Origin: Sphingomonadales bacterium
GTDB lineage: Bacteria; Pseudomonadota; Alphaproteobacteria; Sphingomonadales; Sphingomonadaceae
Reading direction: 5' to 3'
DNA: 64,000 nucleotides
Assembly (NCBI GenBank): GCA_031406495.1
Contig: JANOHL010000061.1
Span: 202-64,201 of the forward strand
The notes beneath the pieces were generated by a model that was not told the origin of the DNA, did no database searches, and saw nothing but the letters and a program-made list of their open reading frames with translations. This document shows positions 38,620 to 46,865 of the stretch, in pieces; the first letter of the stretch is position 1; each line of letters opens with the position of its first letter. The position numbers were made by a program, and so were the translations under genes.

Positions 38620-38841
38620 CTTTGAGCTGCAGAACACGATTCTGCCGGCGGGGGAGATTTTCCCGTCGATAAGCTGGGGACAAGTCGAATTTTGCACCCT
38701 GCGACCCACAAAAAATGCTAACAGGGTCTTTCGTGCCCTGAGTCGAACAAGAAGAGAACATCTCTTCGATGCAGTAGAACAGGTGACAAGCGGTGAGGGG
38801 TGTTCCCCGCGAATCGCCAGGAACAGGAGCTTAGGGGCAAC

Positions 38842-40845
38842 ATGGATTTCAGGGACACTGGCCGGGGGGCCGAAACGGATATGGGCGCAGATATGATGGA
38901 CGTGCTGGAAGCAGAATTGGTGACAGAAGCGAAAAGCGAGATAGCGGAAAAATCTCCTCCCAAAGCAGAGGGGAAAGCTGCGCCTAAAAAGGCCGCAACG
39001 AACACCGACGCTGCCTATGAAAAGGCCGAGAGCGACAGCAAGACCGTCGACGTGCGCCGCTTTGCGGTCACCACCGATTCATCGCGCGATGTGCTTTTGA
39101 CCGAATTCGGCAAGGACACGCTGCAGGACCGTTATTTGCTGCCGGGCGAAAGCTATCAGGATCTGTTCGCGCGCGTTGCGTCGGCCTATGCCGATGACGA
39201 ACCGCATGCGCAGCGGCTTTACGACTATATCTCGAAGCTGTGGTTCATGCCCGCAACACCCGTTCTCTCGAACGGCGGCACCGGACGTGGCCTGCCCATC
39301 AGTTGCTATCTGAACAGCGTCGACGACAGCCTTGAAGGCATCGTCAACACCTGGAACGAGAATGTCTGGCTCGCCAGTCGCGGTGGCGGGATCGGCACCT
39401 ATTGGGGCAGCGTGCGCGGCATCGGCGAACCTGTCGGCCTCAACGGCAAGACCAGCGGCATTATTCCTTTCGTCCGGGTGATGGACTCGCTGACACTCGC
39501 TATCTCGCAAGGTAGTCTGCGTCGCGGGTCTGCCGCCTGCTATCTCGACGTCAGTCACCCCGAGATCGAGGAATTCCTCGAAATTCGGAAACCATCGGGC
39601 GACTTCAACCGCAAGGCGCTGAACCTGCACCACGGCGTATTGCTCAGCGACGAGTTCATGGAGGCCGTCCGCGACGGCGCCGAATTCAACCTGCGCAGCC
39701 CGAAGGACAACAGCATCCGCGGCACCGTCGATGCGCGCAGCCTGTTCCAAAAGCTCGTCGAAACCCGCCTTTCAACCGGCGAACCCTATATCATCTTCTC
39801 CGACACCGTGAACAACGCGATGCCAAAGCATCACCGCGATCTGGGCCTGAAAGTGTCTACCTCCAACCTTTGCAGTGAAATCACTTTGCCCACGGGTCGC
39901 GACCATCTGGGTAATGATCGCACGGCGGTCTGCTGCCTCTCTTCGCTCAATCTCGAAAAATGGGATGAGTGGAGCGTTGACAGGCAGTTCATCGAAGACG
40001 TGATGCGCATGCTCGACAACGTCCTGCAGGACTTTATCGACCGCGCGCCCGACGAGATGCGCCGTGCGAAATATTCGGCAGCGCGCGAGCGTTCGGTCGG
40101 CCTGGGTGTCATGGGCTATCACAGCTTCCTGCAATCGCGCGGCGTGGGCTTCGAATCCGCACTCGCCAAGTCGTGGAACATGAAGTTCTTCAAACATGTC
40201 CGCGCAGCTGCCGACGAGGCATCGATGATGCTCGCCAACGAACGCGGTGCCTGCCCCGACGCCGAAGACATGGGCGTGATGGAGCGTTTCTCCTGCAAGA
40301 TGGCAATCGCGCCGACCGCGTCGATCTCGATCATCTGCGGCGGCACGTCCGCCTGCATCGAACCGATCCCGGCCAATATCTACACGCACAAGACACTGTC
40401 GGGTAGCTTCGTCGTCAAGAACCCGTATCTGGAGAAGCTGCTGCAGGACAAGGCGAAGGACAGCAATAACGTCTGGAACAGCATCCTCGAAAAGGGCGGC
40501 AGCGTCCAGCATCTCGATTTCCTCAGCCATGAGGAAAAGGATACGTTCAAAACCAGCTTCGAGATCGACCAGCGCTGGCTCGTCGAACTCGCCGCCGACC
40601 GCACACCGTATATCGATCAGGCGACGTCCTTGAACCTGTTCATCCCCGCCGATGTGGAAAAATGGGACCTCCTGATGCTCCACTTCCGCGCATGGGAACT
40701 GGGCGTGAAGTCGCTATATTATCTGCGTTCGAAGAGCATCCAGCGCGCTGGGTTTGCCGGTGGGGTGGAAGCGGACAATACGGCGGAAGCGCCCGTAATT
40801 GAGCTGGCGACGACGGATTATGATGAGTGTTTGGCGTGCCAGTGA
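38842..40845 (+). CDS. nrdA: Class I ribonucleoside-diphosphate reductase alpha subunit
   Basis: PATPVLSN, PISCY, TSNLCSEI, APTASIS, KSLYY and C-terminal CLACQ redox pair. Confidence 0.95.
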   Translation: MDFRDTGRGAETDMGADMMDVLEAELVTEAKSEIAEKSPPKAEGKAAPKKAATNTDAAYEKAESDSKTVDVRRFAVTTDSSRDVLLTEFGKDTLQDRYLLPGESYQDLFARVASAYADDEPHAQRLYDYISKLWFMPATPVLSNGGTGRGLPISCYLNSVDDSLEGIVNTWNENVWLASRGGGIGTYWGSVRGIGEPVGLNGKTSGIIPFVRVMDSLTLAISQGSLRRGSAACYLDVSHPEIEEFLEIRKPSGDFNRKALNLHHGVLLSDEFMEAVRDGAEFNLRSPKDNSIRGTVDARSLFQKLVETRLSTGEPYIIFSDTVNNAMPKHHRDLGLKVSTSNLCSEITLPTGRDHLGNDRTAVCCLSSLNLEKWDEWSVDRQFIEDVMRMLDNVLQDFIDRAPDEMRRAKYSAARERSVGLGVMGYHSFLQSRGVGFESALAKSWNMKFFKHVRAAADEASMMLANERGACPDAEDMGVMERFSCKMAIAPTASISIICGGTSACIEPIPANIYTHKTLSGSFVVKNPYLEKLLQDKAKDSNNVWNSILEKGGSVQHLDFLSHEEKDTFKTSFEIDQRWLVELAADRTPYIDQATSLNLFIPADVEKWDLLMLHFRAWELGVKSLYYLRSKSIQRAGFAGGVEADNTAEAPVIELATTDYDECLACQ

Positions 40846-40847
40846 TA

Positions 40848-41009
40848 TTCCCCCTCTCCAGTGGGAGAGGATACGAAGCCTTAGCCGATAGGCTTAGGCG
40901 AAGTTGGTGAGGGGTTCTGCCCTGCCGATGGCGCACAGCCCCTCACCCAGCTACGACTAGCGAGAGCAAGCTCGCAAGTCTGCACAACCCTCTCCCAAAG
41001 GAGAGGGAA
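40848..41009. repeat. RIME/CIR-like palindromic element between nrdA and nrdB
   Basis: CCCCTCTCC..GGGAGAGG, GGTGAGGGG / CCCCTCACCC, CCCTCTCCC..GGAGAGGG with internal hairpins. Confidence 0.8.
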
Positions 41010-41034
41010 AAAGAATTAGACCGAGGAAACGAAG

Positions 41035-42087
41035 ATGTCCCTGTTAGAAGCCCGCAACTCTTATAAGCCCTTTGAATATCCTTGGGCCTATGACTTCTGG
41101 AAACGCCAGCAGCAGATCCACTGGTTGCCCGAAGAAGTGCCTTTGGGTGAGGATTGCCGCGACTGGGCGCAGAAGCTTTCGGACAATGAACGCAATTTGC
41201 TGACGCAGATTTTCCGCTTCTTCACGCAGGCCGATATCGAGGTGCAGAATTGCTACCACGAACAATATGGCCGGGTGTTCAAACCGACCGAGATCAAGAT
41301 GATGCTGACCGCGTTCTCCAACATGGAAACCGTCCACATCGCCGCGTACTCGCACCTTCTCGACACCATCGGCATGCCAGAAAGCGAATATTCGGCCTTC
41401 CTCGAATATGAAGAAATGGCCGCGAAGTGCAATTACATGCACCAGTTCGGCGTCGACACCGACGAAGACATCGCGCGCACGCTCGCGATGTTCGGCGGCT
41501 TTACCGAAGGGCTGCAACTGTTCGCGTCGTTCGCGATGCTGATGAACTTCCCGCGCTTCAACAAGATGAAGGGCATGGGGCAGATCGTCCGCTGGTCGTT
41601 CCGCGACGAAAGCCTGCACTGCGAAGGCATCACCAAGATGTTCCACGCCTTTTGTGCCGAACGCAACTGCCTGACCAAATCGGTCAAGGAAGACATCATC
41701 GATTGCTGCCAGAAAGTCGTTCGGCTGGAGGACAACTTCATCGACCTCGCGTTCGAAATGGGCCCCGTGCCCGGCATGACCGCAAAGGAAATCAAACGCT
41801 ATATCCGCTACATCGCCGACTGGCGTTTGGGGCAGCTTGGTTTGCCGCAAGTCTACATGGTAGATGACCACCCGCTGCCTTGGCTGGCGCCTTTGCTGAA
41901 CGGCGTAGAGCACGCCAACTTCTTCGAAACCCGCGCGACCGAATACGCCAAGGCAGCAACGCGCGGCAACTGGAGCGAAGTGTGGGACAGCTTCGACGGG
42001 CGGAAGAAGAAGATCATCGGCATTGAGGCCGCGGCGGAAAATGACGGCGTGGATATGTTCGAACAGGCAGGGGTTGCGGCGGAGTAA
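41035..42087 (+). CDS. nrdB: Class I ribonucleotide reductase beta subunit
   Basis: FFTQAD, ETVH...Y (radical Tyr), EGLQLF, RDESLH and NFFE. Confidence 0.95.
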   Translation: MSLLEARNSYKPFEYPWAYDFWKRQQQIHWLPEEVPLGEDCRDWAQKLSDNERNLLTQIFRFFTQADIEVQNCYHEQYGRVFKPTEIKMMLTAFSNMETVHIAAYSHLLDTIGMPESEYSAFLEYEEMAAKCNYMHQFGVDTDEDIARTLAMFGGFTEGLQLFASFAMLMNFPRFNKMKGMGQIVRWSFRDESLHCEGITKMFHAFCAERNCLTKSVKEDIIDCCQKVVRLEDNFIDLAFEMGPVPGMTAKEIKRYIRYIADWRLGQLGLPQVYMVDDHPLPWLAPLLNGVEHANFFETRATEYAKAATRGNWSEVWDSFDGRKKKIIGIEAAAENDGVDMFEQAGVAAE

Positions 42088-42109
42088 TTGATCGAAAAGG
42101 AAACGTATT

Positions 42110-42628
42110 ATGTCAATGTTTTCGAACTATCAAAGTATCTTCCAATTAGTTGCCGGAATTTCAATTGGTTTTTCGGGTATAATATCGCTTTTTGATGATC
42201 CGTTATCCAAAGAATCTCAAAAGCTAGCTGCGCTAAGTAAAAGAACCCGAGCGATTTCAAACAGATATCCATCCATTGGAAATGTAGAAAAAGATCAGAT
42301 TCAGTCTCTGTCAAACGACATTGACAATTATTTGGACAATATAATACGTGAATCCAATGACCAAGTTAAGTTTCCGATACTTAAGATGCTTGCTTTTGGT
42401 GCTTCGATAGCCGGATTCGTGCTTTTGATATATGCAAGCGAAATACCACAAGCAAAAATGTCTTCTGGATTGAAGTTTGCCTCTTATGTGCTATTGGCGT
42501 GTGTGCCAGCAATGACCATTTATGTCGCTCATTGGTATCGTTCGATATCTAGGTCATATGCCGCAAACCGGAAGACGCTGGACAATCGCTACATTGCTAT
42601 AGTAGACCAAATATCTTTACAGATTTGA
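42110..42628 (+). CDS. AT-rich hypothetical membrane protein
   Basis: 172-aa ORF with an RBS, three hydrophobic segments and atypical AT-rich codons. Confidence 0.65.
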   Translation: MSMFSNYQSIFQLVAGISIGFSGIISLFDDPLSKESQKLAALSKRTRAISNRYPSIGNVEKDQIQSLSNDIDNYLDNIIRESNDQVKFPILKMLAFGASIAGFVLLIYASEIPQAKMSSGLKFASYVLLACVPAMTIYVAHWYRSISRSYAANRKTLDNRYIAIVDQISLQI

Positions 42629-42659
42629 TAAAGTCCAAGGAAATTCAGGGGCATCCTTC

Positions 42660-42902
42660 ATGAAAATAAAAGGTTGGCGAGGAGGAGTTCCGGAAGAGAA
42701 CTCCCGGCTAGGGCAGTTATACAATTTGATCAAAGGTGCCCAAGACTATGCAAAGATGCATACGTCCCTTGAACAGCATAACTTTTATATCCGGCCGAAG
42801 GGCCAAGGACAGCTGTGGATTCTAGTAAGCCCAGCTATCGAACTCCGATGCCATTGCGATAGCATCACGTTGACTGTTATCGAACAACGGAAGCCATTCT
42901 AG
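42660..42902 (+). CDS. Possible small hypothetical protein or gene remnant
   Basis: 80-aa AT-rich ORF with no recognisable motif. Confidence 0.25.
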   Translation: MKIKGWRGGVPEENSRLGQLYNLIKGAQDYAKMHTSLEQHNFYIRPKGQGQLWILVSPAIELRCHCDSITLTVIEQRKPF

Positions 42903-42957
42903 AGTTTTGCGAACTTCTCTTTCGATATCATGTAAAGTTAGCTGGTCGCAGGCAAGG

Positions 42958-43095
42958 GAGTTTCGGGAGGAGTTTCGGGGGAGGAGTTTCGGGGACAGGG
43001 AGGAGTTTCGGGGACACGAGTTTCGGGGACACAATACTAATTAGCCGCTAGCTCCAGGAGTTTCGGGGACACAATACTAATTGGCCGCTAGCTCC
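42958..43095. repeat. Staircase tandem array of GAGTTTCGGGGACACAATACTAATT-derived units
   Basis: Six copies starting at 42958, 42970, 42984, 43003, 43018 and 43058; matched lengths 10, 11, 14, 15, 38 and 38 nt. Confidence 0.9.
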
Positions 43096-43112
43096 TCAAA
43101 ATTGAGATAGAA

Positions 43113-43308
43113 TTGGCCCGCCAAAGGCGGGCAAGGCGCAAAGGAAATAAGGCACAAAGACGGCGGTCCACCCACAGCTGTCACCCTGAACTTGTTTCAG
43201 GGTCTTACTATTCAACGTCTAAAAGTAAGATGCTGAAACGAATTCAGCATGACGTGCAAGAGCTAAATTTTGCGCCTTTGCGCCTTGCTCGCCACAGGCG
43301 AGCGCCCT
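43113..43308. repeat. Nested REP doublets: GCAAGGCGCAAAGG pair enclosing a GTCACCCTGAACTTGTTTCAG pair
   Basis: Outer GGCGGGCAAGGCGCAAAGG / CCTTTGCGCCTTGCTCGCC inverted arms; inner arms 43180-43204 and 43229-43254. Confidence 0.8.
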
Positions 43309-43351
43309 CAATTCAACCTCCCCTTAACCACCTCCATGCCATTCTCCACAA

Positions 43352-43606
43352 ATGGCCCGCGCCTCGTTCCTGAAAACCGCTGCTCCCTTGGTCGTCCTGA
43401 CCTTCCTCGGCGTCTATAACTTGCCCGCAATCACGCAGGAAGAAGTGGCGGCGCGGGATGCGGTCGAACAGTCCATCCACTATAGCGGCTGCAACGAAGT
43501 CCGCGCCGCTGGCAAGGCTCCGCTCTATCGCGGCGATCCCGGCTACGGCGAACATATGGACGGCGATGGCGACGGTGTCGCCTGCGAACCTTATTACGGA
43601 AACTGA
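43352..43606 (+). CDS. Excalibur calcium-binding domain protein
   Basis: YSGCNEVRAAGKAPLYRGDPGY..HMDGDGDGVACE. Confidence 0.88.
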   Translation: MARASFLKTAAPLVVLTFLGVYNLPAITQEEVAARDAVEQSIHYSGCNEVRAAGKAPLYRGDPGYGEHMDGDGDGVACEPYYGN

Positions 43607-44066
43607 GAATTCCCGGAACCGCTCACGGGTTGTTGAACAATATCGATCCAATAACGGCAGTTTCTCGTGGCCAATCTGCGAGCGTCCCTTAGCTGTTCTT
43701 TAGCCTCGGCCAAAGTGTACGTGTCAGACTCGCTGCACAATGTGCCAACGGCTATCATTTTCCCATTGCAATGTAGGATTTGATTTGAGACCGTCATCCG
43801 GTCGGTTCGCAAGGGTCGGCGCTGCTCTTTGAAATTGTCTTTGAAACCGCCCTCATGCTGGCTACGCGCCGGTTCGCCAGAACCTGCAGGGCAGATCCGT
43901 CCCCTGACTGCGCCGAAACCGTTCAGGTGAGACTTTAGTGTGACCTTCCGGCTCGCTCGCCGTTTGCGCGCATCGCTCCCTTCGACACGCTCAGGATAGC
44001 TTTGACCACTTAGCGGCTCATCCGGGAGCGCAATTCAGTGTGAACTTGGGCTGATTTGAGCGGGTT

Positions 44067-44552
44067 TTACTCCGCCACCTCACACCCCCTGCCGGTCTTC
44101 TTGCAGAACGCCGCCATCGTCTCGCCCTTGTAATCGATGCCGTCCAGTGACTTGACCGTGCCCTCGATCACCTCCGGCATGATCGCCTGATGGCGCTGCG
44201 ACGCGGGGCTGCGGTTGAAATCGACCAGCGCCTGCAAGTCGGCTTGGCTCAGCTTTTCGGCATAAATCTGCCCCTGCGCGGCGATCACCCGGGCCATACC
44301 CGCCTCGTAAATTTCGCGCGCGGTGGTGCGTAACACTTCCCCTTCCGCATCGGTCAGGTCGGGGGTGTTGGCGATCATATCCTCGGTCTCTTTCATCGCC
44401 ACCATCGGCAACAATTTCGACAACATCCCCTGTTCGGCCAGCTCACGGCCCAATGCTTCGGCCTGGCTGGACGGTGCGGCGGGCGGTGGTGTTTGCCCGT
44501 TTGCCGCCGATGTCGCGCAAACCGCCAATGTGAATGCCAGTATCTGCTTCAT
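44067..44552 (-). CDS. Secreted DUF2059-like protein
   Basis: Signal peptide; IYAEKLSQADLQALVDFNRSPASQR resembles the DUF2059 core. Confidence 0.7.
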   Translation of the reverse strand: MKQILAFTLAVCATSAANGQTPPPAAPSSQAEALGRELAEQGMLSKLLPMVAMKETEDMIANTPDLTDAEGEVLRTTAREIYEAGMARVIAAQGQIYAEKLSQADLQALVDFNRSPASQRHQAIMPEVIEGTVKSLDGIDYKGETMAAFCKKTGRGCEVAE

Positions 44553-44727
44553 CCCACGTCTCCTGCCGTCATTGCCACCTTCGTAACCCGCAATGCCATC
44601 GCCGATCAAACGGAAACCGGTTGAAACCGATCCGGGCATCGGTCAGCCAGGTCGAGCTTGCAATGTAGGATTTGCCTCGCCATTGTAATACCCGACATCG
44701 TTATCCGCCCGAATAGCTGTTAGCCTG

Positions 44728-44746
44728 CCCTGAGCCTGTCGAAGGG
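44728..44746. repeat. REP-like CCCTGAGCCTGTCGAAGGG (other copies at 7555-7573 and inverted at 43978-43996)
   Basis: Three near-identical 19-mers in the window plus a loop-expanded variant at 13060-13088. Confidence 0.8.
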
Positions 44747-44964
44747 GGCATGACAATCAGCTTCGCACGTCATCGGGCTTGCGGCATTTTCCCCGGAATG
44801 CGCGTGCGATTTAACATCGAATAGGCGTAACTTATGTCACCCATGTCACCCTGGGCGATGTGATCAGTAGCTCGCCGCGAACCTCCATTTTTGTGTGAAC
44901 TTGCGCAGAACTCTGCCGGTTTTGGGTGCTTTGCTTTGTAGGCATTTTCGCCTAGATGGGTGCC

Positions 44965-45129
44965 ATGGCCGATCTCTACCTGAAAGCACTCGAATCCGAA
45001 CGCCGCAGCCTGTGGGCGACCGCGCGGCTCAAAGGTCTGCCCAAGGATTCGCCCGAACGTCAGCGCATCGCCACAATCGATGCCGACATTGCGGCGCATA
45101 AGGCCAAGGCAAAGTCCCCACAAAAATAG
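44965..45129 (+). CDS. Small hypothetical protein (54 aa)
   Basis: Manual translation MADLYLKALESERRSLWATARLKGLPKDSPERQRIATIDADIAAHKAKAKSPQK*; native codon usage, below the track cutoff. Confidence 0.7.
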   Translation: MADLYLKALESERRSLWATARLKGLPKDSPERQRIATIDADIAAHKAKAKSPQK

Positions 45130-45189
45130 GCCCGCCTTCCGCAGGTTGGAAGACGGACCCATCCGGCACCGCATTGGCATTCGCGAGGG

Positions 45190-45420
45190 TTATTCGACCG
45201 GCGTGAACTGCTCGTCCTTCTTCTCTTCGGGCGCATCCTGCGAGCGGTCGACCGGGCGTTCGTCGGCATGGTCGTTGTCGATATCGGCACCCGTCGGGCT
45301 CATCGCCGCGTCGCTCAAATCATCGTCTTCGGCCACGCGCAAATCGGCGTTGCTGCTGACCTTGGACGCGTCGGCGGGATAGGTCGTGTCGATGGGCCGG
45401 GCGTTGTTGGTATCTGTCAT
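45190..45420 (-). CDS. Small acidic, probably disordered protein
   Basis: 76 aa, D/E-rich, GGATG RBS region, preceded by an EcfG-type promoter. Confidence 0.75.
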   Translation of the reverse strand: MTDTNNARPIDTTYPADASKVSSNADLRVAEDDDLSDAAMSPTGADIDNDHADERPVDRSQDAPEEKKDEQFTPVE

Positions 45421-45458
45421 TGTCTGGCATCCTTTTCCAATGGGGGTTGGAGAAGGTT

Positions 45459-45484
45459 AACGCGTCGGGAGCGTCTCGGGTTCC
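45459..45484 (-). promoter_or_regulatory. Sigma-EcfG-type promoter
   Basis: Minus strand GGAAC-N17-CGTT, 38 nt upstream of the 76-aa gene. Confidence 0.7.
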
Positions 45485-45497
45485 GCCGGATGCCGTA

Positions 45498-46202
45498 TCA
45501 TTGCGGCCAGACGAAGCGAAGCGCGGTCTCGCCGGTGCAGACGCCGTCCGCATCGAAGCGTCGCTCGATGATCTGCCCCTGCCCCTCGGTATCGACCGCA
45601 ACAACGGTGCTGCACCGCGTCCCATAGACCGGACTGCGGATGAAGACGGGGTGGGCGTCACGGTCGGGCTTATCTTCGTCGCGGAGCAAGTCCAATAACA
45701 GCTCGAGGCGTTCTGGTGCCTGCGCCATCCATGATTGCATCTGCTCGATCAGCCGATCTTTGCGTGGCCAATGCTCATCAGGGATCGCGTTCGACAGACC
45801 ATGAATTCCAGGCGTCAGCGCTTCCTGCTTGGGCTGGGGGCGGTTCGACGCGAACCATGCGGATTGCCTTTCGGTGACAATCAAGTTGAACGGATTGAAG
45901 TCCAGCACATTGCCGGGTTGCTGGCCTGCTATCAGCCAGTCGGTGACCAGCGCGCCGCGCGATGTCTTGTCGGGATCGGGGCCGTCGGCATCGCGGATGT
46001 TGGTGACCACTCCAAAACGTCCATCGTCGGACACGCCCATCCATGTTCCGCCCGAAACCAGATCGCGGCCTGCGATAATTCCGGCGTCATCCTCCCACCG
46101 CGCCAACGGCGCAGAAGCACGCGCGTGAAACTCGTCGCGATTGCCTGCAACGATCAGCCGCCATTCGGGATGCGCCTCCCAAGCTATTGCAACAACGCAC
46201 AT
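45498..46202 (-). CDS. NRDE/TANGO2 family protein
   Basis: MCVV...GNRDEF, GRDLVSGGTWMG and YGTRCSTVV. Confidence 0.92.
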   Translation of the reverse strand: MCVVAIAWEAHPEWRLIVAGNRDEFHARASAPLARWEDDAGIIAGRDLVSGGTWMGVSDDGRFGVVTNIRDADGPDPDKTSRGALVTDWLIAGQQPGNVLDFNPFNLIVTERQSAWFASNRPQPKQEALTPGIHGLSNAIPDEHWPRKDRLIEQMQSWMAQAPERLELLLDLLRDEDKPDRDAHPVFIRSPVYGTRCSTVVAVDTEGQGQIIERRFDADGVCTGETALRFVWPQ

Positions 46203-46252
46203 AAAAAGCGTTATTGCGTATCCCGCAAGCTATTGCGAGTGCAAAAGCGCGT

Positions 46253-46753
46253 TTATTCGACGCCAGTATATTGCGCCTCGCCGCGACGTGCGTTGCCGTG
46301 CTCGTCCAGATCGCCGGGCTCCATTCCGCCGTCGCCGAGCATCTCGGCCTCGTCGTCGTCATTGCGCTCGCCGCGGTAGGCATCCATGTCGATCCGTCCG
46401 CTGCGTTCCATCTGCTCCATATGATCGACAACATCCTGCTCGTCATCGGGGGTGATCTGGGCGGGATTGGTGGTCCCGCCATGCTCGCTGTCTTCGTTCT
46501 GGATCTGGTCGGCAGCATAACCGCGCACCGCATCGTCGGCGACCGTCTGCGCCTGCGCGCTTTCGTCTTCCTGCTCGCGGTTGTCAGTCGGCGCATCGGG
46601 GATCGCAGGCGAGGGAGTGGGTGCCGCCGGAGTTTCGGCAGGCGCATTCGGTTCGACCTCGGTACCCGGCTGAACCGGCGCGGTTTCGTTGAACTCGTCG
46701 GGCCTTCCGTCATCGGCCACGCCGGATATGTCGGAGATAATCATTTCGGGCAT
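46253..46753 (-). CDS. Acidic, probably disordered hypothetical protein
   Basis: D/E/P-rich; start moved to MPEMII after an AAGGA RBS and downstream of the EcfG-type promoter. Confidence 0.75.
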   Translation of the reverse strand: MPEMIISDISGVADDGRPDEFNETAPVQPGTEVEPNAPAETPAAPTPSPAIPDAPTDNREQEDESAQAQTVADDAVRGYAADQIQNEDSEHGGTTNPAQITPDDEQDVVDHMEQMERSGRIDMDAYRGERNDDDEAEMLGDGGMEPGDLDEHGNARRGEAQYTGVE

Positions 46754-46782
46754 CCTTGTCCTTTTGGGGTTGGTCAAGGATG

Positions 46783-46808
46783 AACGCCGCTAGCCCGCCT
46801 GCGGTTCC
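46783..46808 (-). promoter_or_regulatory. Sigma-EcfG-type promoter
   Basis: Minus strand GGAAC-N17-CGTT. Confidence 0.7.
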
Positions 46809-46865
46809 AAGCTAAGGCCCAAACCCTATGCGCTCGAACAATTCGATTACCGGAATGTCGAGAGA

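Noticed and set aside
42958-43095. CRISPR array
   Set aside because: Units are truncated copies of one sequence with no unique spacers, and there are no cas genes.
43594-43812. 72-aa CDS
   Set aside because: No RBS or motif; it spans the 17-bp repeat and is more likely part of a mobile-element remnant.
44834-44852. Tandem ATGTCACCC x2 as an IS end
   Set aside because: Only two 9-nt units, with no partner end or transposase.
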